Source of the DNA: Eledone cirrhosa
Taxonomy: Eukaryota
Assembly: GCA_964016885.1 (NCBI GenBank)
Contig: OZ024746.1
Span: 69,192,001-69,256,000, forward strand
Reading direction: 5' to 3'
DNA length: 64,000 bases
Shown here one piece after another: positions 1-11,530 of the stretch (position 1 is its first letter; the number at the start of each line of letters is the position of its first letter). The notes below the pieces were generated by a model. The model saw nothing but the letters and a program-made list of their open reading frames with translations, did not search any database and was not told where the DNA came from. The position numbers and the translations under genes are program-made.

Positions 1-251
1 ATCAGCTAGGAAAAATAACAGAGCTATTAGGGTGCAAATTTTGATAAGAAAGCAGGGGCTGGTACTACTAAGTAGATTTCAATTGTGTCATCTTATCAGT
101 AAAGAAAAAGCACAAACACAACCAAATTAAGTACAAATATAGTTTACTTTCTTTCATTATAAATATCTACATGAAAATTAAAAAAATTAAAAGACCTTTA
201 TTGTACAAAAAGATAGGCTAGTGACTATAAAACATAATTGGGAATAAAAAC

Positions 252-308
<57 letters not shown>

Positions 309-1484
309 TTTACTGCAATAAACCATGTTGTCTAGGAGGAAGCTAGTGAGTCCATATGATGCTAAAATTTTATTTTTTCTTGTTAGTTTACTTTCTTCAT
401 GTTTAATTCATTTTTTGCAAATCTCCAAAAGTTCTGTTCTGTCATATCTCATTCCCGCTTTTCTCTTCTCTTCTCTCTCTATCTATATACCCTTCTCATT
501 TCTCATCTCATGCTTTAAACTCACTTTCTTTCTTTCTCTTTCTCTCTCTATTCAATATGTGGTTATATCTTAACCCAACTTTTTACTATACATACATTAT
601 TCAGCTGTTTACAGCTACTCATCGCGCTGAGAATCCTACAAGTTTATATATAAATGTGTGTGTACACACACACACACACACAATTTCATGAAGGAGAAAA
701 ACAACAGATGCATAAGTTACTGAGTAGTTTAAGAAACTAATCTAGACTTACTAGTGACCATATGCTATGAATTCAAATTCAAATCCTGCTTTGTACAAAC
801 TACATTACATTCTTATGTGTCATGTCAATATACTATATTAGAAAACAGCTTCCACCTATAAAATTAACTCATGCAAATGTCCATATCCCCATCTGCATGA
901 GAAAATGAATGGGGAAAAAAAACACAAAAACAAACAAACAACAGTACAAATAGTTTAACTGAAATTGATTTAAGCAAGTTATTTAGATCTTTTCTATTTA
1001 CATAGTCTTTCTTCTACGTTTGATCTGAAATGTCAACAGCTGAACTAAATAGACTAAACAGTCTAGTCAACTTGTCACCTAAACTGAACATTTCATAAAA
1101 GAAACATGGTGTTATTTTGAACCAAACACATGTGAAATACAAGGCAATCTCCATGGTGCCTATGTCACGATAAAAAGCACTCACTGTACTCTGTAAAATG
1201 GTCAGCAAATGAATAGAGACAACTTAGGGTAAAGAGGAATATTTAGTGATTGGCTGACAATATCTGCATTGGACGTCATGAGCGGCCCTGTTCACCATGC
1301 TGTGGAAACACTGATTAGAGATGGCTCAACCTATTTTGGGTGAACACTGACACATGTACAAGATCCATATATATACAAGTTCAGAGATTTAACTTCTAAA
1401 GCTATGTATTTGACATTTCATGAATAACCAGACCACCATGCATCAAACTTTAGGTAATTGCATGTAGCACTAATGTCATAAAGT

Positions 1485-1667
1485 GAGTATCGGTAGAGGG
1501 TTGGACGCTATGCTTTGCAGCATAGAGTTACGGCCCTCTATGGTCTGAGTTCAAATCTCGTCAAGGTTAACTTTGCCTTTCATCCTTACGGGGTTGATAA
1601 AATAAAGTACCAGCAATGCACTGGGGTAATTGTTGGCCTTACGCCAAAAGTAGAAAGAATTATTATT
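1485..1667 (+). mobile_element. tRNA-derived SINE, family A (MetaSINE-like central domain)
   Basis: A-box-like GAGTATCGGTAG, B-box GAGTTCAAATC, then core GGTTAACTTTGCCTTTCATCCTTACGGGGTTGATAAAATAAAGTACCAG and an AT tail. Near-identical cores recur at 17981, 24137, 24250, 34350 and 62280. Confidence 0.85.
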
Positions 1668-2678
1668 GGAACTGCTGTTCTACGGCTACAATCCCTCTTT
1701 TGACTCAGTCATTATTCTTGATAAGCTAACCCAACATGAGTTGAAATGAGAAATTCAGCCATAGAACAGTGACACTAAAATATATAAACTCTACATGTTA
1801 ATATGTATTGAGTACTCCACTAAATCTAGACGTCTTTGGAATCTTGTGTAGATGTAAACATTGTCAAAAAATTTCACCTCTGAAGATGTGGTTAATTAGT
1901 ATAAAAAATTAGCAATGTAATAAACAACTTATCTCAAACATTTATTTAAGCATTTAACCAAAAATTAGTTTTAAAAAATCTCTTAATATATAATACCGAA
2001 TGTGTGTTGGTTTGTTGGTAGGTGACATTTGACAACATATAGTGTAGGGGGAAGAGAAAGTAAGAGAAAACTAACATATGGATTGAAAGAGGATATACAT
2101 ACTGAGCAAAGTAGCAGGTAAAGAGTGAGAGATAGAGAGGCAAAGAATGCTATACTCGAGCACTTGCACACACAAACACAACAAACGCAGAAATATAATT
2201 GTCTGCTAAGCATTTATACAAAGTTTAGGTTTTCTTTTCATTCTTTCATCATTCTTTTTGATGAATGGAATATATATGTATGAAAATATATATTCCTTCC
2301 TCAATTTCTTTTCTGTTCAAATTGCTACTTTCTTTAATACTATATTTTATAATAAGAATATGAATCATTCTCACCAAATGCAGGCATAGTGAATTCATTT
2401 ATTTTTCATATAATTATTTGCTTATTCATCAACAGCAACAAATTTATGACACGTTTCTAAAAGTGAATTCTTCGTAAAAACATGTTAGTTTATTTTTATG
2501 TTTAGGTCGCATAGCTTTTTGTTTTGCAAACTCTCAGTCCAAAATTATCATCCTGAGTGGATTTCTTAAGACAAGCATAAACCATTATTTTAATTTATAT
2601 ATTTATGCATTTTCATTTATTTACTTATTGTAGACCTGACCACAGAGACTCTAGTAACCGCTGCTCAAGGTATGCGAG

Positions 2679-2780
2679 GACCAAATCACCAAACAGGAGA
2701 CGAGAGATGCAATCAGCGACTTGAGGAACGGCAAAGCAGGCAGACTTGAGATCTCTACAGAGTTGCTCAAATTTGGTTAG
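2679..2780 (+). pseudogene. Non-LTR retrotransposon (RTE-like) ORF2 fragment, region just N-terminal to RT
   Basis: Manual translation DQITKQETRDAISDLRNGKAGRLEISTELLKFG* matches the LINE motif ITxxEVxxAIxxLKxGKAxGxDxIxxELLKxG. Confidence 0.7.
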
Positions 2781-4599
2781 GATAGCATGATAAAAGCGTC
2801 AACAAATGTACAGTACCAAAATCACCTGTCCTATGATGGGTGTCACCCATCTAACTAACAAACAACAACAGCACAAATATTTTCAGAAAGTACACTTTAA
2901 TTAGTCTTATTTTCATAATTTTCTTGAAAAAGCACCCATAGTATTCAAGTGAGTGCAAAATATGTGGGTGTTGAGATGCTAATCATTATAGTTGCTAGAC
3001 CCAGAATACTAATTATTCAGTTACCTACACTACTTAGATTTCAATTGCCGTGCACTGCACTGTTTTTGTTAGTAACATCTGCAAAGTAACAGCTATGCCT
3101 TAAAGATGAAGAAGCTTTCAATGTAGTCATATGAATCTAAAGTAAACTGTAATTAGTTCTAAGATATTTGAAACAGAAACAAAGCATAAAAATATATCTA
3201 CTTGTAGAAACTGCTTCCTGCGTATAATGGACCATATTATCTTAGTTACTAGATTAGTAGCAACTGGTGCAATGAAGCTAGTGATGTCACATGGACAGAC
3301 TTCATATTTCTGATATTGAAACGATATAAACAGCAATTAAAAGAGCTTTTTTTAAAGTTGGTTTTGTTGTTAAGAGGAAACAAAGATATAGTGTATAGCA
3401 ATAAATGACAAAACAGGAGACTTATTAAAGTTGATGTTTACTAAAAATTGGTATGTCTGTTGGCTGTGGTTAACAAGTTTTCTTTGCAATCATGTGGCCT
3501 GAAGTTCAATCCCAGGACATAAAAACAATGACGATGATGATGTGTAACTTTAAATGTAGAAAATTTAAGGAAGAGTTAATGATTGATTTATGGATCTTCT
3601 GAAGTACTGGTGTAGCTTGTGTTTTCTGGTGCATAAAATGAACTGATAAATGTGATGTAGAATCCAGGAAAACTAATGATTGTCTATGTTGGCAAATAGT
3701 ACAAAATGTTTGCAAAGTATAATAAAATAGTTTGGTGTCAAGAAGAGAAGTCTAACCCTTTGTCAGAGTAAGTTGAAATGTTTACTGAGAGTGGTGAACA
3801 ACAGTAAACATTTAGTATTCTTTCTCCAACAAAGTGCAATACCCAAAATGTTAAACTTTCCTTCTTCATAGCAAAATAAATTATCCCATTCCTGCAAAGT
3901 TTTTTGCCTTTATATATCTGAAAATGTTAACATCCAGTTTTTTTTTTATTGTTTACTCAGAAGAAAGGTAGTGCCCATGACCCTTTTCAGGGCCTGAGAC
4001 AGGTTGGAGGATGGGGATAGGTTACTCTCAAGGAGATGTGGCTTGAATACTTGCAACAGAGCAGATTCCATCCAGTAAGGGCACCCAGAAGCCAGGTGGT
4101 GGATTAAACAGTGTGATGGATTAAGTTTACCACCCAAGTAGGCTACAGTGGAATTTGCATTCAGAACAAATATCAAATACTGCAAGGCTTCTTGTTCAAC
4201 TCCCTAACAATTCCATCAATCCAGCAACCTGGATTACTAAGTTATTTTATCAACCCTATTGAAAGAAAGAAAGTTAAACATGATCTTGGTATGTTTTGAA
4301 CTGAAGGACAGAAACAAAATACTGTAAAGTTGTCCTACACTCTAACAACTCTGATTTACCACCTACTGTATATGTATATGAATGTTTTGGCATGTATATG
4401 TAAAATAAATCAATGGAATTACAAATAATTAATGCAAATTAACAATTAGTTATAGCTCTTTAAATTTTTTAGATATGAACCCATCTGAAATTGCCTCAAG
4501 TTTTATAATACAAAGTCTTTCATTTTAAAGTAGTGATTTGTATTGAAATTAAAACTTTCCATCAGTTTTAAGAACATTTTGTTAAGTTCTAAACATTAA

Positions 4600-4870
4600 C
4601 TGTAAAATGGTTGGCATTCAAGAGGGTATCAAGCTGTAGAAACCATGTCAAATAAAGGCTTGAGAGGACTCTTCAATTATGTCAAGGATCTGATAACCTC
4701 CCTAGTACTGATACCATGATAAAACACACACTACATATTGCAAAGTGGTTAACATTAGGATGGGCATCCAGCTGTAAAAATTATGCCAAAACTAGAATGT
4801 ACTGACTTCATCAGTGACAAACCATCAAACCCATACCAGCTTGGAAAAATGGATGCTAAATGTTGATGAT
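4600..4870 (+). mobile_element. Family C short retroelement with RTE-type 3' tail
   Basis: Repeated module GTGGTT..CATTAGGAxGGGCATCCAGCTGTAxAAA, ending AACCCATACCAGCTTGGAAAAATGGATGCTAAATGTTGATGAT. A similar tail ends the RTE fragment at 53930-53972. Confidence 0.65.
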
Positions 4871-5142
4871 ATATATATATATACACACATATGTGTGTGC
4901 AAATCGTAAACAGAAACAACAAACAGTACAATAAAGAAATATATTAGTTTAACGCTTAATATAGTAGGAAAAGAGTCTTTACGTTTCAAACCCATACCAG
5001 CTTGGAAAAATGGATGCTAAATATATATATACACACACATATGTGTGTGCAAATCGTAAACAGAAACAACAAACCAAATAGTACAATAAAGAAATATATT
5101 AGTTTAACACTTAATATAGTAGGAAAAGAGTCTTTACGTTTC
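4827..5142. repeat. Local tandem duplication of about 160 bp (4827-4987 and 4988-5142)
   Basis: Both copies run AAACCCATACCAGCTTGG ... GGAAAAGAGTCTTTACGTTTC, with small indels. Confidence 0.92.
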
Positions 5143-5166
5143 GGAAACTGGTCCTTCATCAGAAGA
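5131..5166 (-). ncRNA. Penelope-type minimal type I hammerhead ribozyme motif
   Basis: Minus strand reads TCTT-CTGATGA-A-GGA-ccagtt-TCC-GAAA-CG-TA-AAGA: conserved core, 3-bp stem II, palindromic minimal stem III (ACGT), UA cleavage site and 4-bp stem I TCTT/AAGA. Confidence 0.7.
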
Positions 5167-5547
5167 TAGAATGAGAAATAAAAAATGAAATAGAAAGAAG
5201 AAAATAAGAAGAGGAAGGAATGGAAAAAAAAGTTTTTTTGCGAAAAAAAAAAACGTGTGTATTCAGTCCGCAATTTTATACTATATATATATATATATTA
5301 TATAGTATAAAAGAAAACTTAACTTGTAGTTTTAATGTGACCTAAACAATCATGAGTTCTATTTAAATCAAAAATAGTATTTTGAATTCTGTAAACAGCA
5401 GATAAGATATGTAGTGTGGAGGACAAATCCAACAAGTAGATATGGTATGAACATATTTGCCTGATCACACAAGGTTGGCGTGACCAGCTGACTAACTAAC
5501 TACATTTGTCTAGATACTTCATATTAAGGCTGTTATTTTATTGAAAA

Positions 5548-5615
5548 TTATAGACAAGGACAGATTAAAAAGACCAAAGCAAGACATATGTTTAGACTGT
5601 CAGTCGCTCCATCAG
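5548..5615 (-). CDS. Candidate terminal coding exon with hydrophobic, GPI-signal-like C-terminus
   Basis: Strong acceptor CTAATTTATTTTTTTCTGTAG. Phase-1 frame reads (A)DGATDSLNICLALVFLICPCL*, with AATAAA just after the stop (5537-5542 on minus). No homolog recognised. Confidence 0.3.
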
Positions 5616-6136
5616 CTACAGAAAAAAATAAATTAGTACAATTTATATAATAATCATGGGCAGCATACAGATCAATTACCCAATAAAAGAAAAAATGTAC
5701 ATCAAATGAAACAATTGCTTGAATGTGCAAAGAACACAACTTGTTGCCATAGCAAGCTCCAACCGAAAGCAGTCTTTGCCATAATATGTGAAATCCATCT
5801 CAAATATCCAGACATCTCCAATATCCTAGAACACTAGATGTTAAACGATGATGATAATGATGATGATCACTACTATAACACCATATTTCCTAGTCAATCT
5901 TGACAAACATCTATACACTAAAATAGCTGTAGCATTGAGATGTACACTATATGAAATTGGTGCTGAAGGGAATTGACATGCTTTTCTCTCATTCATTGTG
6001 GCCATCACTAGAACATACAGATATATAAACTAACAACTAACTCTATATATGGTTGCTTGACATGCTAAAACTAGCAGCCAAACTCATTTCCAATTACTCC
6101 CTACAATTTTGAAAAAAAAAGGACATGTTGGATATA

Positions 6137-7411
6137 GGAGGGGGGATCAAAAAGTTCGTGGAATTTTTCAGAAAATAATCTATTTTTCAAAAAATATGAT
6201 TTACCTTCAATTTATTTTTCTACATAGTTGCCATCCAGGTCAATACACTTTACAAGGCGATGCTTCCAGCTTCGTAAGCCGTCTCTAAAGAAAGTTGAAG
6301 GCCTTGTTCGAAGCCATGTGTTGGCAGTGTTTTTAGCTTCTTCAACACCACTAAAACGGGTTCCTTTTAACATTTCTTTGAGTTTTGGAAAGAGGAAAAA
6401 GTCTGATGGGGCTAAATCTGGACTATAAGGCAGGTGAGGAAGCACTTCCCATCGAAATTCTCGAAGAACTTCTTTTGCAACCCGCACAGAATGCGCTGGT
6501 GTATTGTCATGGTGAAACAAGATCCCACAATGAAGTTTCCCTTTTCGTTTCTTGACTAATGCCTCTTTCAGCTTCCTTAAAACATTTGCATAGTAAGCTC
6601 CTGTCACAGTTCTTTGACCTTCAAGATAATCTATTAGTATCACCCCATCTGAATCCCAGAAAATGGTGGCCATCACTTTTTGATTCGACTTTTGAGATTT
6701 GAACTTGATTGGCCCCGATGATCCACGTGGGAGCCACTGTTTTGACTGCTGTTTGGATTCAGGATCATACTGGTAGATCCAGGTTTCATCTCCGGTGATG
6801 ATTCTGGTCAGGATATGCTCTTCATCAACTTCAATTTTTTTTAATATCGCCAAAGACAGATCACTTCGAAGAATCAGCTGATCAGGGCGTAACGATTTTG
6901 GGACCCATTGCGCTGAAAGCTTGCTTAGTCCCAAATTATCGTGCAGAATTGAATTTGCCGAACCATATGAAATGTCTAGGGACTTAGCTAACTGATTAAC
7001 TGTTTTTCTTCAATCTTCTTCAATTAAAGTCTGAGCAGCCTCAACGTTTTGGTCATTTTTTGATGTTCCTGGTCTTCCACTGCGATGGTCGTCTTTCCCT
7101 TGTTTGAATTGCTGAATCCACTTGTAGGCAGCAGTTTTCTTTGGAGCAGTAGTACCATAAACTTTAATTAAAGCCTCCATAATCTGTGTTCCTTTCCATT
7201 TGAGTTTCACCAGAAACTTAATATTCGATCTTATCTCAAAATAACTATTTTCTATTGTTCCAAAAAGAGGTTTTTTAAAGAGTGTCAGTACTGTACAATA
7301 GTCCGTGCAGGACTGACTGCAAGTGACAATGTTCTGACATGTTTAATATTGTTTTAACCTGATTTTTTTCTTGCTACGATAAAATTCCGTGAACTTTTTG
7401 ACCCCCCTTCG
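6137..7411 (-). mobile_element. Full-length mariner DNA transposon (irritans subfamily, Hsmar2-like)
   Basis: TIRs GGAGGGGGGATCAAAAAGTTCGTGGAATTTT (6137-6167) and CGAAGGGGGGTCAAAAAGTTCACGGAATTTT (reverse complement of 7381-7411) are 26/31 identical. TA lies on both sides (6135-6136, 7412-7413). Length 1275 bp. Confidence 0.96.
6212..7255 (-). pseudogene. Mariner DD34D transposase with one in-frame premature stop and a lost ATG
   Basis: Track ORFs 7010-7210 and 6212-6934 share a frame, interrupted only by TGA at 7010-7012 (IEED*RKTVNQLAKSLDISYGS). Motifs WVPKSL, GDETW, HDNTPAH and YSPDLAPSDF, with 34 residues between the second and third Asp. The probable start is now ATA at 7253-7255. Confidence 0.93.
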
Positions 7412-7546
7412 TAATTCTATATAGTTTTTAAAAATCAAATAGGATGGACACAGCTAGACCACATTTGATCATGGGTCTGTTTGATTAGAGTTGACTTGGG
7501 ACTAAGCAACAACAACACCAATAGGCATATAGGAGTAAAGAGAACA

Positions 7547-8030
7547 GTGGAGTCAAGGCCTGCTGGCTCCAGTTGTGATGGGAACCCAGCTGCATCCAGG
7601 CACCTTCTCAATATGTCGTTGAGAGCGGCATGTCGGGGGAACTGGCCCATGCTCTGGCAGCATGCCAGTGGGGGCATGCCAAATTTGTTAACGACAGCCC
7701 CACAAAGGCATTTGTGTAGCACACACATGCAGAGGCCGAGGTATCGGGTCACTCAAATGCGAGTGAACTCATCATCTATAGGTTGATCAAGAGGGCACTG
7801 AATTGGTCCACGCACCGATGTTTAGCTGTAAAGCAGATCGGAAACAGGTGAGGTGGTGTTGGTCCAAGTCAGACTCGATCCACCTGAAGGAAGACCTGCA
7901 TTTCATGTCGTCCCAGTTACATTGGACATTTATATACTGGGGGACAGAGAGGCCTTCGCCTGTCCAGTCGGCCAGAGCCTGCTCAAGTTCACACATTAAC
8001 ATTATATCCATTTCACTTTTGGCCCACCGT
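7547..8030 (-). pseudogene. Decayed CRE/NeSL-like (REL-endonuclease) non-LTR retrotransposon C-terminal fragment
   Basis: Minus-strand peptides QCNWDD..DQHHL..GAWTNSVPS and HKCLCGAVVNKFGMPPLACCQSMGQFPRHAALNDILRRCLDAAGFPSQLEPAGLD match the zinc knuckle plus RH..LND..EP motif that precedes the PD of REL endonucleases. Frames are disrupted and end before the PDG motif. Confidence 0.8.
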
Positions 8031-8699
8031 GCCTCACCTCCAGGATGTAATGGTCTTTTTTGCATCTTTATGTCTGAGACTCCTGATGAAGAGGTGGCTT
8101 CATTGCCAAAGGTTTTGGTTATGATAATATATGGCTGATCAAAGAGAGATTATGGGGTCCTAACATTTGTTGTTTTTTTTTAATAGAAGAGGAAGCACCC
8201 TGGCCTTTGAAAAGCTGTTTTGATAGATACAGATATGTAGTTGACATGAAAGAAAAAGAAGAGGCTGGAGAGTCTGGGATTTGTAGAAACAATGAAAGCT
8301 TTTGTTGTATTCTTTTATTTTTTCTACTGGTTTCGGATACACTATAGGATAGTCATAGCTGGAACATCAGTCATCATAGGTCTGCTTGGTTAGGTCTAAC
8401 ATAAGGCTAGTATTGCATATGATGTACTTACAAGAAATATGTATGTATGGCTCCGTAACTCCTGATAGAGTTGTAGGGGCGCCATATTGACATACTGCGT
8501 TTCTTGGGCATTCTAAGACTGGCAGAGCCCATCCCTCTTCAGGCCTGAGTACAGCAGATTTCTTCCAGAGAGAGGAAAAGATGAATAATATAAAGCATTC
8601 TATCTGACATTCTAACGACTCTGCCAATTCGCCACCTTACAAGTAATATACATACATGCATATGTAGTGCACGTGATGTACTTACATGTAATATAGATA

Positions 8700-9040
8700 C
8701 ATGAAAGGGTTGAGAGGACTCTTCTGTTGTGTCAAAGACATGATGGCCTCCCTAGTATTGGTGATCTACACGATAAACACACCCAGTACACACTGTAAAG
8801 TGGTTGGTGATGGGAAGGTCATTCAACTGTAGAAAGCATGCTAAACAAAGAGTTGGAAGGACCCTTCAGTTGTGTTAAAGATACGACAACCTTTCTTGTT
8901 CTGGTGCACTTGGTAGAATGTGAGACCATGTGTAAGTGAGATGCAGACCCTCAGTCTGACTGGGTGGTCAGTAGCCCCGCTTCAGTACTAACTGTCTGTG
9001 AAGACACATTGAACCCTTGCTAAATAGTCATGATGATGTA
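8700..9040 (+). mobile_element. Family C repeat
   Basis: GGGTTGAGAGGACTCTTC..GTGTCAAAGACATGA, CACTGTAAAGTGGTTGG and an AACCCTTGCTA..ATGATGATG tail. Paralogous to 22320-22715 and, inverted, to 56040-56790. Confidence 0.65.
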
Positions 9041-11329
9041 GCACATATGATGTACTTAATACACAATAGAATAAAAGAACCAGGTTTGAGGTGAGTAAGC
9101 CCTTTCAAAATTGCAGACTTCTCTTCTTCAATTCTGGTGTAACTATATATTTTGTCCCTTGCTTTTCAAGTGTAAAAACAAACATTTTCATCATGAATGA
9201 AGTGATTCTAATGTATATTCAATAAATATATAGCAGACTCGTGATCCCTGATGTAGTTGTTGAGACACTCTAAAATTGGTGGAGAATAGAGAGTGAGAGA
9301 ATGGAAATGAGAAAGAGATATAAAGTAAGAACCAGCCACAGTATTGAACTGGAACATTTTTAAACCTCAGTGGGATTTGAATTCAAAGTGCAAAAAGCCA
9401 AAATGAGCACTGCAAACCACACTGACATTCTAACATCACTATCATCATCAAACACTTGCTTTTCCTGTGAGCAGGGGTTGGACTGTCAGTTTGATTACCA
9501 ATTTGCTTGCTGCCTTGTCATATATTCTATAATCCTTTAAAATATTTACCTATTTTATCTGAAATTGTGACAAAAACAACATTATCTGTTTAAAATAACT
9601 GCAATTATAATATATCAATGACAAACATTATCAAATGAATGATTAAATTTGTTACACTTTGTTTATCTTATTAGATTTATAAAATGTAACCACATATTCA
9701 CCTATTTTACATGTGTTAACCTAAATATGACTTGATAAATAACTATAAATAAATTTAAAAAATACTTTAGTGTATAGATAAGTTACTTTTGTAAACCCCT
9801 ACATACATCACAAGGATATCTCGGGGTGGTTTTTCCACTATGGTCTCCATATTGATTATGTAGGGAATTGTGAGGGTCTGTTAGAGGTAAACTTAGTCTG
9901 TTACCCAGTTAAAACAACAGCATCTGTTTCTGGGGGTGTGTTTAGTAAAGTCCAATCTGTTACAAACATTCAGACCATATCTTCTCTCCATTTTGTGGTT
10001 ACTTTCATTCCTCCCTCCCAACCAGGCTCTGTGGCCTTCTCACCCTAACTAAAACAATATATATATATATATATAAATATATACACGGGGGTGGGAGTAC
10101 AATTATATTCAATGCTAACTCATTATCTCAATTTAATGAATGATCACAAGCAACTGAACCTCAGGAAGGAAATGACACAGGACTGAGTTGACTGGTGAAA
10201 TGACACAGGACTGAGCTGACTGGTGTTATGCCATAATACAAAAGACCCGTCCACCAGTACCAGTACTGCTATATTAAAAGTAAAAGTACACATGGTGAGA
10301 GACCGGAAGCTACAACATTGGTGACTAAACCAGAGACAATAGAGGGTTTGAGAGGACTCTTCAGTCTGGATAAACAAGTAACAACTTCTTTACTGTTGGT
10401 GCCACAATAAAATACACCCAGTACACTCTGTAAAGTGGTAGTGATGTTTCTGTTTAGCCCTAGGTCATCCTCCATCAAGCAAATCTAAGATCAAAAGTTA
10501 TTTCAGTAATGATAATCTCATCTTTTTCTTTTTTTTTTCTTTTCTGACTAAGTGCATCCAGCACTACATTATCTAATGAATACTTCCTTTCCTTAAAATG
10601 CTAGGGTGTTATTTCTAACATGTCAAACAACTATGTTGAGGCTCTATAATGAGCTAACATAACTGTTTTTTCTAGGGGATTTTCTCGAGCAGTAGAAGAT
10701 AAGATTACTTTGCATTGTAGGAAATTAACATCATTGTTTTTGTAAGTTGCTTTTCCATGCTAGCATGGGTTGAACAAGATATTTTGGAGGTAGTTATTCT
10801 ATGGCTAGATACCTTTTATATATTGCCATCTCTTTATTTTCTAAGTATGGTATATACCACTGGCGTTAATTGAACTGTAAAACATTGGGATGTATTGATT
10901 ATGTAGGACATAAAAAAAAAAAAAAAATCAAAAAAAATCAAAAAAAAAAAATCACTGCTTGCTTTAAACAATGTCAATATGAATATACATGGAAGCATCT
11001 GTGGTATGTGTGTACAACAGGCTTCTTCACAATTTCTGTCTGCTAAATTCACTCTGTGGCACCTTAACCACACAACCATGCCTGCCTACAACTGCTTTCA
11101 GAAAAAGGAAGGGTTCAGAGAATGTGTACATTGAGAACCTCTGTATAATATGATGTGGAAGGGTAACAGTTGTGTAATGTAATACAGCATATCATTGTAA
11201 TAAATATATGTGTTTATGGTTGAAAGGCCTGAGCATTGGCTCACAGATTCAAAACAGTTATAGGCTTTGTGCTTTGTCCATAAACAACACATATTAAATT
11301 ACTAATTCTTACTAGCTGAAAAACAACTG

Positions 11330-11530
11330 CTGTTGTTGTTGTTTAGCATAAGGTCAGCTCTGATGAAGCAGATCTATGATCAAAGATGTTCCAGCTATGT
11401 CACCCATTCTTTTTTCATTTTTTAGAATCTAAACAGTGTATCAAGTACTACATTATCCAATGTGTCTTTCCTTTTTTAAAGTGGTAGAGTGTGATATGAG
11501 GGAGTTTTGCTACTATTTATTGCAGGTCAG
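11330..11530 (-). mobile_element. Family B SINE
   Basis: Reverse complement of the consensus: GTTGTTGTTTAGC..AGGTCAGCTCTGAT..CAGATCTATGATCAAAG..CTACATTATCCAATGTGTCTTTCC. Confidence 0.75.

Larger units (their letters stand above)
6050..7516 (+). mobile_element. Family B SINE split by the mariner insertion (6050-6136 and 7412-7516)
   Basis: 5' part TGCTAAAACTAGCAGCCAAA...GGACATGTTGGATA and 3' part GGATGGACACAGCTAG...GACTTGGGACTAAGCAACAACAAC join into one family B copy like 11900-12082. Confidence 0.75.

Noticed and set aside
5743-5756. RFX X-box-like GTTGCCATAGCAAG
   Set aside because: One mismatch to the palindrome and no promoter context (CpG-depleted, between repeats). A single motif is insufficient.
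6212-6934. Domesticated SETMAR-like host gene
   Set aside because: Bounded by TIRs and a TA duplication, with no SET domain exon and a nonsense codon in the N-terminal region.
10169-10224. 28-bp direct repeat, plus similar short duplications at 12842-12944, 15241-15277 and 32375-32450
   Set aside because: Ordinary two-copy slippage duplications with no further structure.
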